This document shows, piece by piece, positions 20,310-30,435 of a stretch of 64,000 bases of DNA. The translations under genes were made by a program, and so were the position numbers. A model generated the notes under the pieces. It was not told where the DNA came from. It ran no database searches and saw nothing but the letters and a program-made list of their open reading frames with translations. The stretch lies in contig JAWAEU010000005.1 in the NCBI GenBank assembly GCA_038891055.1, positions 19,330 through 83,329 on the forward strand. Reading direction: 5' to 3'. Position 1 is the first letter of the stretch; each line of letters opens with the position of its first letter. This DNA is from Candidatus Anstonellaceae archaeon. GTDB taxonomy: Archaea; Micrarchaeota; Micrarchaeia; Anstonellales; Anstonellaceae.

Positions 20310-20735
20310 TTAGGGCTGTAATTTTAATTTTATATATCTATCTATTAATTCATCTGTTTCCTCAATTCTTTTTTGAATTTGTATAATCAACTCTTTTTCT
20401 TCTCTACTATCTGCCTCATTTATTAAAATTTCCTTTATCTCAAAGAATTTTTTTCTTATCTGCTGGAAATTCTCTTTTAATTGTTTTAAATATTGCTCAG
20501 AGGATCTATGTTGTTTTGTTATTGCCAAAATTTTTATAAATTCCTCAGAATCTTTTGCAATTGTTTTATTAGTAATATTTTTATTAAAAAATTCTAAGTA
20601 TCTAAGTATGGTTATATTATTCTTTATGTCATGTATTATATAAGCTGTTTTTTTCTCTAAATCATTGCTGCTTTTTGTGCTATTTTCTTTTCTCGCCTCA
20701 GTGGCACTAGATGTATTTAAATTTTTCTTAAACAT
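20310..20735 (-). CDS. Hypothetical helical protein with HisKA H-box-like motif
   Basis: ATG at 20735 preceded by GTGGGGA; contains IIHDIKNNI; no ATPase domain. Confidence 0.55.
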   Translation of the reverse strand: MFKKNLNTSSATEARKENSTKSSNDLEKKTAYIIHDIKNNITILRYLEFFNKNITNKTIAKDSEEFIKILAITKQHRSSEQYLKQLKENFQQIRKKFFEIKEILINEADSREEKELIIQIQKRIEETDELIDRYIKLKLQP

Positions 20736-20787
20736 TTTCTTCCCCACAATAAAGCTAAGTAAATAAAATAATATACTATAATTTATT

Positions 20788-22374
20788 TTAGTTTTCAAGA
20801 TTTTTAAACATGTATGGTCCAACTAAACTATAGCCAAATTTTTTATAATATTCTCTTACTCCAACTCCAGATAAAATTATCATTTTTGTTTTTTTCTCTT
20901 TTAGAGCTACTTCCTCTGCCTTTTGTAAAAGATTTTTTCCCAATCCCCTGTGTTGAATAGCATTTTCTCTTTCTGTCCCTATTTCTACTTCTGACCCATA
21001 AACATGTAATTCTCTTATAAGTGCAGTTTGGTGGTCTATTTCTTTTCTATAAGGATTGTTTGGAATTCTCAATCTTATAAAGCCTGCAATAAGGTCTAGT
21101 TCTTTATCTTCATAACTAATAAAATATTCTGTTCCACCAGAGGCTTTGTATTTTCTTACCACTAACTCTAATTCTAATTTTTCAATTTTATTTTCTTTAT
21201 TTTGTCTATAGAGTGAAAAGACTTCTCTACAGCGTATGCATCTACATTTCAATCCTCGTTCTTCTAACCAATTTTGTACCATTTGATGCAAATTACCAGA
21301 TTTTACTCCAGCAACTATTTTATTTGCAGGAATATCTCTCTGCATCCTCATTACTCTTAGCCAAGGAGGAAAGTATTTTGTCGCAAGTCCAATTCTCTCT
21401 ACAGCCTCTTGGGTATCTATTGGCTGGAATTTTCCCCTTTTATATTCTTCGTACAATTTAGTATTTTCAATCACCAAGCAAGGATAAATTTTTAGCATAT
21501 CTGGTTTGTAATTTTGGTCTAAAAACATTTTCTTAAGCATCCGAATATCTTTTTTTCTATCAGAATATAATCCAGGCATAAAGTGATAGCAAACCTTAAA
21601 AGCCGAGTCTTTTAAAAGTGCAGTAGCCTCAATAATTTCTTTTTGTCCATGCCCCCTCTTCACCTTTTTTAGTATTCTATCATCTAAGCTCTGCACTCCT
21701 AATTCCACTCTGGTACAACCAAATTCTAGCATTCTGTTTATATGTTGTTTTTTACACCAATCAGGCCTAGTTTCAATAGTTAGTCCAACTACTCGATGAA
21801 TAGCAGTTTCATTTATCTTTTTTGCTTCTTCTAAGTTAGCGGATTTTCTAAAATTAAAAGCATCATAGCACTCTTTTATAAATTCGTATTGATAATTTAG
21901 AGGAATTGCTAAAAATGTACCCCCCATTATTATCAATTCGCATTTTTGATTTGGTTGTCCTAAAGCTGCATATTGTTCTAATCTTGTATGTATTTGTTTA
22001 GTCGCACTATAATTGCTTTTTATAGCTCTCATTGTGGCAGGCTCAAAGCCAGTGTAGGATTTAGGAGCGTTTTCTCCCTGGGGGCAATAGGTACACTGCC
22101 CAGGACATTTAAATGGCTTTGGCATTATAGCTACTGGAGTTACACCAGAACCAGTTCTAGTTAGTCTTGTTCTCAATTTTTTTACGACTCTTTCATCTAT
22201 TTTTTTATGCCTTTTTTGTAGCAACCACAAAATATGGGAATTTTGCATTAGCCTAACTTTGTGTTTTTGAGCTAGGCGTTTTTTTAGCTCATTAATCTCT
22301 ATATCTTCATTATTTGTAATTATTTCTAAAAATTCATCTAAGAAACTCTCTAAACCTTTTGTCATAACTTTCAC
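20788..22374 (-). CDS. elp3: Elp3 tRNA U34 carboxymethyltransferase (radical SAM + GNAT)
   Basis: CPGQCTYCP, PKSYTG, TIETRPD, RVELGVQS, IRELHVYG, QHRGLG. Confidence 0.95.
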   Translation of the reverse strand: MKVMTKGLESFLDEFLEIITNNEDIEINELKKRLAQKHKVRLMQNSHILWLLQKRHKKIDERVVKKLRTRLTRTGSGVTPVAIMPKPFKCPGQCTYCPQGENAPKSYTGFEPATMRAIKSNYSATKQIHTRLEQYAALGQPNQKCELIIMGGTFLAIPLNYQYEFIKECYDAFNFRKSANLEEAKKINETAIHRVVGLTIETRPDWCKKQHINRMLEFGCTRVELGVQSLDDRILKKVKRGHGQKEIIEATALLKDSAFKVCYHFMPGLYSDRKKDIRMLKKMFLDQNYKPDMLKIYPCLVIENTKLYEEYKRGKFQPIDTQEAVERIGLATKYFPPWLRVMRMQRDIPANKIVAGVKSGNLHQMVQNWLEERGLKCRCIRCREVFSLYRQNKENKIEKLELELVVRKYKASGGTEYFISYEDKELDLIAGFIRLRIPNNPYRKEIDHQTALIRELHVYGSEVEIGTERENAIQHRGLGKNLLQKAEEVALKEKKTKMIILSGVGVREYYKKFGYSLVGPYMFKNLEN

Positions 22375-22382
22375 TTTTTATT

Positions 22383-23204
22383 CTATTCAAAAAAAGCTCC
22401 AATAATTCCAGGAATTGAATAAAATAAAAATTGCATTGGGGGGAATAAAATTACTCCATGATTCAAAGCTCTATATTCTGTTATAAGGTCACTTTTTATT
22501 ACAAAGTCTATTTTTTGCTCCCAAGAAATTTTAGGGGAGGAGATGGACTTTACTTCTAATAATACAGTATAACTTCCGGCTGTAGGTTCAATAAACTCAA
22601 AAACAATATTTCTACTTTCTTTTTGAGGGATATATACATATTTTTCAAATTCCCATTGTTTTACTCCTTTTAGAGAAACTATAAAAACATCTTTAGCATT
22701 TCCAATATTTTGCACTTCTACTACAAATCTTGCAGGTTGAGCTGCACCAACTATTTTTGGTTTTTGTAAGATATTCCCTTTTATTATACTTTTATTGATT
22801 TTAACTTTTAGTCCAAATATAAACTTACCTCCAATATTTTCTTGATTTTTTTCGTCTATCACTTCTATTTCTATTTCATATTCTCCATCTTCAGCATCTT
22901 TTGGCGAGGTTATCTCCAAAACCATAGGATTTGCATAAATTTTAGAAGGAGTTGCTTTCCAGCCAGGAGGCATTTTAGTCACATAAGCCAGATCCCACTG
23001 GCCCAAAAACTCATTATTAGGTCCTCTCACAATAGGATTTATTTTTATTGCAAAGGTTTGTCCAGGCCCAACTTCCCCATATTCTATGCTTTGATACAAT
23101 CCTACAACCTTTTTTGGAAATATTAACTCAATATTGTTAGCAGAATATAAAATTTGAGAAAATATAAATAAAAAAAATAAAACTTTCAAAATAACTTTTG
23201 TCAT
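22383..23204 (-). CDS. Secreted/membrane protein with Ig-like domains
   Basis: Signal peptide from ATG 23204, beta-rich (VQNIGNAKDVF), hydrophobic C-terminus. Confidence 0.65.
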   Translation of the reverse strand: MTKVILKVLFFLFIFSQILYSANNIELIFPKKVVGLYQSIEYGEVGPGQTFAIKINPIVRGPNNEFLGQWDLAYVTKMPPGWKATPSKIYANPMVLEITSPKDAEDGEYEIEIEVIDEKNQENIGGKFIFGLKVKINKSIIKGNILQKPKIVGAAQPARFVVEVQNIGNAKDVFIVSLKGVKQWEFEKYVYIPQKESRNIVFEFIEPTAGSYTVLLEVKSISSPKISWEQKIDFVIKSDLITEYRALNHGVILFPPMQFLFYSIPGIIGAFFE

Positions 23205-23257
23205 ATTAGAAATTTGTTGTTTTATAATTATAAATCTTTTTATCAATATAGCTGTAT

Positions 23258-23806
23258 ATGCGATGTTTTATTGCTTGTTGTCTTGATCCAAACTCTATAA
23301 AAGCAATAGAGGAATTTCAACGAGAATTAAAAAAACAAGATAGTAGGTGGAGATTTACACCATCGCAAAAACTACATCTAACTTTTTTATTTTTGGGAAA
23401 TAATGTTTCTGAAAACGATATAAAATCTATAGAAGAAAAACTTCAAAAAATTTCTTTGGAGTTTAAAGCCTTCGAGGCTTTTGCAAAAGGTTTTGGAGCA
23501 TTTCCAAAACCACATTTTGCTTCAGTTCTTTGGTGTAGTCTAAACTCTGACAATTTATATTTATTGGCCAGTAGAATAAGAAGAGAACTTAGTCTACTAT
23601 CTTTTAAAGATGACAAAGAATTTAGTCCACATGTAACAATAGCAAGGTCGAATAAAAAATTAGATGCAACTACTCTAATAAAAAAATATAAAGATATTGT
23701 GTGGAGCAAACAAAATTGTATAATTGACAATATTTGTCTTTTTCAAAGTATTCCAAATAAAGAAGGATATATTTACAAAATAATAAAAAAATTTGTTATG
23801 GTATAA
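23258..23806 (+). CDS. thpR: RNA 2',3'-cyclic phosphodiesterase (2H family)
   Basis: MRCFIA, HLTF and PHVTIAR 2H motifs. Confidence 0.92.
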   Translation: MRCFIACCLDPNSIKAIEEFQRELKKQDSRWRFTPSQKLHLTFLFLGNNVSENDIKSIEEKLQKISLEFKAFEAFAKGFGAFPKPHFASVLWCSLNSDNLYLLASRIRRELSLLSFKDDKEFSPHVTIARSNKKLDATTLIKKYKDIVWSKQNCIIDNICLFQSIPNKEGYIYKIIKKFVMV

Positions 23807-23836
23807 TTTTTAAGTTTTATTTGGGATTGTTGTTTT

Positions 23837-25189
23837 ATGGAAAATTTATTATCGAAAGTGAAACAAAAATTAAAGCCATCAAAAAAATTGCAAGGAGAAT
23901 TATCTAATTTAGTGAATCTAATTCATCAGAGGCTTCAAAAAGTTCTTCCAGCTGATGTAGAGATATTACTCTGTGGGTCAGTTGCAAAAGGCACTTATTT
24001 AAATAAAAACATCGATATTGACTTCTTTTTGCTCTTTGGCCCAAATTATTCTTCTGAGGAAATAAAAAGACTTGGAATTTATTATGCAAAAAAGGCTTTT
24101 GGCGGATTTAAAACAGAAGTGAGATATGCTCAACATCCTTATTTAAAAGTCTTTTATAAAGAGTTTAAAATAGATATAGTGCCATCCTCAAAATCTTTGA
24201 ATATAACCAAAATAAAAACGGCAGTGGATAGATCGCAGCTTCATACTATTTTTATAAACCAGAATTTAAAAGAAGAACAAAAAGATGATGTTAGGTTGCT
24301 AAAAAAGTTTTTAGAAAATTTAGGTATTTATGGTGCCTCTTTAAGAGTGGAAGGATTTTCAGGTTATTTGTGCGAACTTTTAATTTTATATTATGGTTCT
24401 TTTTTAGAAGTCCTAAAAGCAGCAAGTAAGTGGAAAAAATTTACAGTTATCGATATAAAAAATTATTATTCTGAAGAAGAAGCAATAAAAATTTTTCAAC
24501 CTGCGAATTTTATAGTGGTGGATCCAGTTGATAAAAATAGAAACGTAGCAGCAGTTGTTTCAAGGACATCTTTTTCAAGATTTGTATTGGCAGCTAGAAA
24601 ATTTTTATCAAGGCCATCTATCAAATATTTCTTTCCTAACACACGAAAGATAAAAATTTCAACTCTAAAAAAAATAATTGATAAGAGAAAATCAAATATT
24701 TTGGTTTTAAAATTCAAAAGCCCTGATTTAGTAGAAGATATTTTATGGCCCCAATTAAAAAAACTTTGTCTTTCAATAGTTTGGAATTTAGAAAAAGAAG
24801 AATTTAGAGTTATTGATTATTATTTTTATGCAGATGTTCAAAACTGCTATATCCTCCTAGAACTTCTTGACTTTCAATTACCAAAAATAAAACATATTGT
24901 GGGTCCAGAAATTTTTGACCAAGAAAATGTTGAGGGGTTTATAAAGAAGCACAAAAAAGCTCTTAATATACACCCAGAACATCATCAATTGGTAGCGATA
25001 GAAAAAAGAAAAATTTGCACCCCGATTGAACTTATAAAAATAATTATAAAAAATAAATCTAAATTTGGAATACCAAAGGGCCTTTATAATGTTTTATCTA
25101 AAGCAAAAGTATTTAGTCCAAAGGAACTTCTAAGAGATAAAACTTTTTTCTATATTGCTTGTGATTACTTTTTAAGAAAGATAAATTAA
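23837..25189 (+). CDS. cca: Archaeal (class I) CCA-adding enzyme
   Basis: GSVAKGTYL...DIDFF, YAQHPY, AVDRS, GFSGYLCEL, DPVDKNRNVAA. Confidence 0.95.
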   Translation: MENLLSKVKQKLKPSKKLQGELSNLVNLIHQRLQKVLPADVEILLCGSVAKGTYLNKNIDIDFFLLFGPNYSSEEIKRLGIYYAKKAFGGFKTEVRYAQHPYLKVFYKEFKIDIVPSSKSLNITKIKTAVDRSQLHTIFINQNLKEEQKDDVRLLKKFLENLGIYGASLRVEGFSGYLCELLILYYGSFLEVLKAASKWKKFTVIDIKNYYSEEEAIKIFQPANFIVVDPVDKNRNVAAVVSRTSFSRFVLAARKFLSRPSIKYFFPNTRKIKISTLKKIIDKRKSNILVLKFKSPDLVEDILWPQLKKLCLSIVWNLEKEEFRVIDYYFYADVQNCYILLELLDFQLPKIKHIVGPEIFDQENVEGFIKKHKKALNIHPEHHQLVAIEKRKICTPIELIKIIIKNKSKFGIPKGLYNVLSKAKVFSPKELLRDKTFFYIACDYFLRKIN

Positions 25190-25236
25190 AAAAAGTTAAA
25201 TTTATAAAACTCTAATTCTTTAATAATTAGAGAGAT

Positions 25237-25728
25237 ATGAATAATAAAACGGTTGGAATATTGTTACTTATAATTTCTATACTGGTTGGCTTAATAATAT
25301 TTTTATTTAATAGAGCATTAGTAGAAATAGTAAACACCTCTTGCTCTCATGGCCCAACTTGTCCAATGTGGGGCAGTATAGATTTTCATACCAACATTAG
25401 TTTATTACTTTTGAGCATAATTTTTATTCTTAGCATTTATTTCTTATTCTTTGCAAAAGAAGAAAAGAAAGTTGTTGTGAAATATGAAAAAAAATCTAAA
25501 CTCCCTAATCAAAAAAATTATTCTAAAATTTTTTCTACTCTAAGCAAGGAAGAGAAATTGATCTTTCAAAAGATATTAGATTCAAATGGGGCTATATTAC
25601 AATCAGATTTAGTAGACAATAATTTTTCAAAAGTAAAGATAACCAGAATTTTAGACAAATTAGAAGGAAAGGGGCTTGTGGAGAGAAAGAGAAGAGGAAT
25701 GTCCAATATAGTAATATTAAAAAACTAA
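25237..25728 (+). CDS. Membrane-anchored winged-helix (MarR-like) transcription regulator
   Basis: Two TM helices flanking CSHGPTCPM; C-terminal QSDL...SKVKITRILDKLEGKGLVERKRRG. Confidence 0.8.
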   Translation: MNNKTVGILLLIISILVGLIIFLFNRALVEIVNTSCSHGPTCPMWGSIDFHTNISLLLLSIIFILSIYFLFFAKEEKKVVVKYEKKSKLPNQKNYSKIFSTLSKEEKLIFQKILDSNGAILQSDLVDNNFSKVKITRILDKLEGKGLVERKRRGMSNIVILKN

Positions 25729-25732
25729 TTAA

Positions 25733-25785
25733 TTGAAACTAGTTTCAAACTAATTTTTTACAATGGTTTTTAAGCAGTTTCAAAC
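25733..25785 (+). promoter_or_regulatory. Candidate operator/promoter of the copper operon
   Basis: Perfect palindrome TTGAAACTAGTTTCAA at 25733-25748, TTTTTAAG box at 25767-25774, repeated half-site AGTTTCAAAC at 25776-25785. Confidence 0.65.
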
Positions 25786-25805
25786 CCTATTTTAGTGGTG
25801 TTTTA

Positions 25806-26651
25806 ATGGAAAAAGAAAATATTAAAAATTCCCAAATAGATGATAAACTTTGTTGTGGGAAGTTAAATTCTAATAAGAAAGAAGAAAACGCAACCAATTC
25901 CATTTTTGCCTCAGTTATGGCTGCTCTAATTCCTCACTCTTTTTGCATAGCCTTTATTTTAGCTTCTATTTTAGGAGTTAGTTTTGCAATAGAAATACTA
26001 AAGCCATTTTTATTAGATAGGAACTTCTTTTATTACTTAATAATTTTCTCAATAGTCGCCTCAACACTTTCTGCAATATTTTATCTACGTTCAAACTCCC
26101 TTTTGTCAATACAAGGAGTAAAAAAGAAATGGAAATATTTGCTTACTTTATATGGTTCGACCATTTTTGTAAATTTAATTTTATTTTTATTTATATTCCC
26201 TCTAGCAACTAATATCTCTTTAGAGTCATCATCTCCTTTATCCCTTTCAAACTCTAACAAAACTATGTCTGCTCTTTCATCCAATCCCCAATCAGATCTT
26301 CTAGAAGTAATAAAGATTCAAGTTGATATACCTTGCTCAGGACATGCTACGTTAATTTCAGAGGAGTTAAAAAAGCTCTTTGGAGTTAAATCTGTAAGAT
26401 TTGATTTTCCAAATTATTTTACAATATCTTTTGATTCTTCACAGACAACTAAGGATCAAATTCTCTCTCTAGAAATTTTTAGAACTTATCCAGCAATTTT
26501 AATTCAAGAGAATTCAAATTTTACCAACCAAAAGAAAGATAGCTTAGAGTCAGCCTCTCTTAGTTCTACTACTAAAGATAACTTATCTCTCTCTTGCGCT
26601 ATTAGTCTTAGCAGTTGTGGCTGTGGCTGTTCCCAGAATAATAAAAATTAG
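25806..26651 (+). CDS. Membrane protein with heavy-metal-associated (HMA)-like domain
   Basis: N-terminal CC, TM with PHSFC, IPCSGH HMA-like motif, C-terminal CGCGC. Confidence 0.72.
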   Translation: MEKENIKNSQIDDKLCCGKLNSNKKEENATNSIFASVMAALIPHSFCIAFILASILGVSFAIEILKPFLLDRNFFYYLIIFSIVASTLSAIFYLRSNSLLSIQGVKKKWKYLLTLYGSTIFVNLILFLFIFPLATNISLESSSPLSLSNSNKTMSALSSNPQSDLLEVIKIQVDIPCSGHATLISEELKKLFGVKSVRFDFPNYFTISFDSSQTTKDQILSLEIFRTYPAILIQENSNFTNQKKDSLESASLSSTTKDNLSLSCAISLSSCGCGCSQNNKN

Positions 26652-26685
26652 TTTTTGATTTTTTTAGCAAAAGTGGGGGAAATTT

Positions 26686-27222
26686 ATGAACAAAACTATA
26701 TTTTTTATAATTCTTCTAACAATTTTTTTTATAGTTCTAATTGTTTTGGGAAATGGTTTTGGCATTTTTGGCTCTTTTGGTAGTTCTAATAAATTTAATT
26801 TGAAAAAACCATCCATAAATTTTCAAAATTCTATTTTTAAAAATTCTACTCTCCCAAATAATTTCGATTTAGATAAATATATAGTAATTCCTCTTCAAGA
26901 GATTTCTACTAAAGCTAAATGGTATAACTATAGTTTTAGTGGAAAAAACATACGGTTTTTTGTTTTAAAGACTTCTAGTGGTTCTATAAAAGCAGCTTTT
27001 GATGCTTGTGATGTATGTTATTTATCAAATAAAGGTTATAGACAAGAAGGAAATTTTATGGTCTGTAATAATTGTGGCAATAAGTTTCCTATTGAGCAGC
27101 TAGGAAAAGAAAATAATCTTAGTGGAGGCTGCCGGCCAGGTTATTTAAAGTTTAGAATTTTAGGAGATTATTTACTTATAGAAAAATCCATTTTAGAAGA
27201 AGGTAGGTGGAGATTTTCTTAA
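26686..27222 (+). CDS. DUF2318-like membrane-anchored Cys-cluster protein
   Basis: AFDACDVC...GY.Q...VCNNCG...GGCRP. Confidence 0.82.
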   Translation: MNKTIFFIILLTIFFIVLIVLGNGFGIFGSFGSSNKFNLKKPSINFQNSIFKNSTLPNNFDLDKYIVIPLQEISTKAKWYNYSFSGKNIRFFVLKTSSGSIKAAFDACDVCYLSNKGYRQEGNFMVCNNCGNKFPIEQLGKENNLSGGCRPGYLKFRILGDYLLIEKSILEEGRWRFS

Positions 27223-27223
27223 G

Positions 27224-29428
27224 GTGAAAGATTTGATCGAAAGAAAATTTATCATAAATAAAATGCATTGCGCTTCTTGCGCACAAACTATCGAAAAAGC
27301 TTTAAAAAACTTAAAAGGAGTCTTTGATTGTTCTGTAAGTTTTGCCAATTCTAATGCAATTGTATCTTTTGACGATACTTTAATAACAGAAGACCAGATC
27401 ATAAATAAAATAGAGGGCTTGGGATACGAGGCATTAATTGCAGACGAGCAAAATTATTTTGAACTTCAAAAAATAAATCGAAATCTTGAAATTTATAATT
27501 TAAAAAAACTTTTAGTTTTATCCTCTATTTTTACTTTTTTAATATTTCTAATCTCTATGCCATTCAAATGGTTTGAAATCAAAATTCCATTTGAATTAGA
27601 ACTCTTGGTTATTAGTGCATCAATTGTACAATTTATAGTTGGGGCTCGATTTTATAAAAGTGCTTTTGTGGCTTTTAAAAACAAAACAATAAATATGGAT
27701 ACCCTTGTTGTTATTGGAACTTCTGCAGCTTACTTTTATAGTCTCTATCTTTTATTAATAGGAAAAACAGAAATGCTTTATTTTGAAACTTCAGCAGTAT
27801 TAATCACCTTTATTTTGATTGGAAATTATCTAGTTAGTCTTTCAAGGTCAAAAGCCTATGAGGCTCTTGAAAAATTAGTCTCATTGCAGCCAAAAATAGT
27901 TAGAATACTTAAAAAAGGAGAAGAATTAGAAATCCCAATAGAACAAGTCAAAGTTGATGATATTGTAGTTGTAAAACCAGGCGAGAGAATTTCTGTAGAT
28001 GGAGTAGTAGTAAAAGGATATTCTTCTGTTGATGAATCAATGATTAGTGGGGAAAGTTTACCTGTTGAAAAGACTGTAGGAAAAAAAGTTTTTGCAGGGA
28101 CTCTAAATCAGAGAGGTTATTTGCACATAAAAGTTAGTCGAGTAGGAAAAGAAGTCTTATTAAATCAGATAATAAATTTGGTGTTTACAGCCCAACAAAA
28201 GAAACCTCCTGTTCAACAATTTGCTGATAAAATCAGCTCGGTATTTGTGCCTTTTGTTTTGTTAGTAGCAATTTTTAGTTCAGCTTACTGGTTTTCAGTT
28301 GGAAAAAGTTTTGAGTTTGTTTTGGAAGTATTTGTATCTGTTTTAATTATAGCATGTCCTTGTACTTTGGGTCTTGCAACTCCACTTGCCCTAATAGTGG
28401 GTAGTTCAAAAGCCTCAAAAAGTGGAATATTAATAAAAGAGCCAGCAGCTTTAGAGAGAGCACGAGAGATAAATACCGTAGTCTTTGACAAGACAGGTAC
28501 TCTAACAGAAGGAAAACCGAAAGTTGCAGATATAATTCCATTTAAAATAGAGGAGAAAAATGTATTATTTTATGCAGCTATAGCAGAGAGGAGTTCTGAG
28601 CATCCTCTTGCTGATGCAATTTTGTCTAAAGCTAAAGATTTAAATACTCCAATCCCATATCCAACCAAGTTTAAAATTTTTCCATCCAGGGGTATTTTTT
28701 GTAAATTCAAAAACAACAATATTTTGTTTGGAAATAAAAAACTCATGTCTCTTTTTAAGTTGAAATTAAGCAGAGAAATTTTAAAAGTTATTAAAAGGTT
28801 AGAATCTGAAGGAAAGACAGTAATGTTATTAGCCTTAAACAAAAAGGTAGTCGGTATAATTAGTGCAATCGACAGACTAAGACCAACAGCCGCCGAAGCT
28901 ATAAAAAAACTCCAGCAAAATAATATGGAAGTAATTCTTTTAACTGGGGATAATCATAGGACTGCAACGGCCATAGCAAAAGAGCTCAATATTGATCAAA
29001 AAAATGTTATTGCAGAGGTACTTCCAACACAAAAAGCTTATCAAATAGAAAAACTCATAAGCAATGGAAGGAAAGTAGCTATGGTTGGGGATGGAATAAA
29101 TGATTCACCTGCCCTATCTAAAGCAAATCTCTCGATTGTTATGGGTTGTGGTTCAGATATCTCAATAGAAATTGGGCATATCATTTTGTTAAGAAATGAT
29201 CCAAAAGATGTATTAGTAGCTTTAGATATTAGTAATAAAATTTTTGAAAAAATAAAACAAAACTTTTTCTGGGCATTTATTTACAACATTTTAGGAATTT
29301 TGTTCGCAGCAGGTTTTTTTTATTCTTTCTTTGGAATTTTATTAAGCCCAATGATAGCAGGCCTGGCAATGAGCTTGAGCTCAGTTAGTGTAGTTTTAAA
29401 TTCATTTTCTCTTAAATATTCCAAATAA
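27224..29428 (+). CDS. copA: Cu(I)-translocating P1B-type ATPase
   Basis: MHCASC HMA, CPC, DKTGT, SEHP, TGD, GDGIND, YN and MxxSS TM motifs. Confidence 0.93.
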   Translation: MKDLIERKFIINKMHCASCAQTIEKALKNLKGVFDCSVSFANSNAIVSFDDTLITEDQIINKIEGLGYEALIADEQNYFELQKINRNLEIYNLKKLLVLSSIFTFLIFLISMPFKWFEIKIPFELELLVISASIVQFIVGARFYKSAFVAFKNKTINMDTLVVIGTSAAYFYSLYLLLIGKTEMLYFETSAVLITFILIGNYLVSLSRSKAYEALEKLVSLQPKIVRILKKGEELEIPIEQVKVDDIVVVKPGERISVDGVVVKGYSSVDESMISGESLPVEKTVGKKVFAGTLNQRGYLHIKVSRVGKEVLLNQIINLVFTAQQKKPPVQQFADKISSVFVPFVLLVAIFSSAYWFSVGKSFEFVLEVFVSVLIIACPCTLGLATPLALIVGSSKASKSGILIKEPAALERAREINTVVFDKTGTLTEGKPKVADIIPFKIEEKNVLFYAAIAERSSEHPLADAILSKAKDLNTPIPYPTKFKIFPSRGIFCKFKNNNILFGNKKLMSLFKLKLSREILKVIKRLESEGKTVMLLALNKKVVGIISAIDRLRPTAAEAIKKLQQNNMEVILLTGDNHRTATAIAKELNIDQKNVIAEVLPTQKAYQIEKLISNGRKVAMVGDGINDSPALSKANLSIVMGCGSDISIEIGHIILLRNDPKDVLVALDISNKIFEKIKQNFFWAFIYNILGILFAAGFFYSFFGILLSPMIAGLAMSLSSVSVVLNSFSLKYSK

Positions 29429-29536
29429 TTAATTTATCTGCTTATCAAGCTTTTCCCAACGGGCCTTTTTCCCCTAACCAAAAAATTTATATTTTATTCT
29501 TCTATTATTAAATTAAAATATAAAAAAGGTGACCAG

Positions 29537-30400
29537 ATGAAAAAGATATTTTACTTATTTTTAATTTTATATTTATCCATAGGGATATATTTTTCAGCTA
29601 GTTATACTGATGTTTGTGAAGATGGTACTAAATACTGGCAATGTTCAAAAACCAAACCAGGTTATGCTTGTCTGCCAGATTATTCGTCTGGTAGTTCACA
29701 ACTTAAACTTCAAAATGACCTGCAAACAAAATTGGTAAAAGATATCAAAACAGGTGCTCATCTATGTGCCTGTGAAAACTTTCCAGGTTATGTAGAAAAG
29801 AACGGCGAGTGTGTAAAAAGCTCTTGTCAGTATAAAGGAGTGGAATTTCCAAATGGAAAATGTTTGGACGAAAAACCAAAAAGGTGTGTGGATGGTTCAA
29901 TAGTGGATGATCCTCTCAATTGTGGTTGCCCTATTGGAAAAGAAATTTCCCCAGATAAAAAATCTTGTCAAAATAAAGTTGGATGTAGATGGGGTACTGT
30001 TATTTGTCAAACTGGTTATAAATGCGAATATGTAGAATCTGACCCAAACGATGATGGAAAATGCACTGCTCTAAGTGGTTGTGCTCCAATAATTCCTCCA
30101 GAAAAAAGAGTTAGCTGTACTTCATTAGAATATTGTGACACGTCAGTGGATCCAAAAGGGGTATGCGTAACTAAAAAAGGCTGCCAATACTCCAATCCAC
30201 CTTGTGCAGAGGGAGAGATATGCGATAAAGAAAGCGGAGTATGTAAAAAAGCTAATTTAGTTCTACCTCTCTCTAGCGGCTCATCAAATTCTTCAAACCA
30301 AAAAGGTTTTTCCTTTTCAAATCTCTCTTGCTGTTGCCTACCTACGGCTGGATTTATGGCAATAATATTTTTAAGCCTCAGAAATAAAAATAAAATCTAG
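29537..30400 (+). CDS. Cys-rich secreted surface protein with C-terminal CCCLP-TM-basic tail
   Basis: Signal peptide, 27 Cys in repeated modules, Ser-rich linker, short hydrophobic anchor. Confidence 0.75.
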   Translation: MKKIFYLFLILYLSIGIYFSASYTDVCEDGTKYWQCSKTKPGYACLPDYSSGSSQLKLQNDLQTKLVKDIKTGAHLCACENFPGYVEKNGECVKSSCQYKGVEFPNGKCLDEKPKRCVDGSIVDDPLNCGCPIGKEISPDKKSCQNKVGCRWGTVICQTGYKCEYVESDPNDDGKCTALSGCAPIIPPEKRVSCTSLEYCDTSVDPKGVCVTKKGCQYSNPPCAEGEICDKESGVCKKANLVLPLSSGSSNSSNQKGFSFSNLSCCCLPTAGFMAIIFLSLRNKNKI

Positions 30401-30435
30401 TTTTACTTTTTACTTTTTATTTTTTTGTTTTTTAT

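Noticed and set aside
23258..25189. thpR-cca adjacency as a novel tRNA repair system
   Set aside because: Commonly conserved neighbourhood in archaea; nothing extra here
29454..29463. 10-bp match to the tRNA-Glu 3' end (CCCGTTGGGA) as a possible att site
   Set aside because: Inverted relative to the tRNA, short, and no integrase nearby
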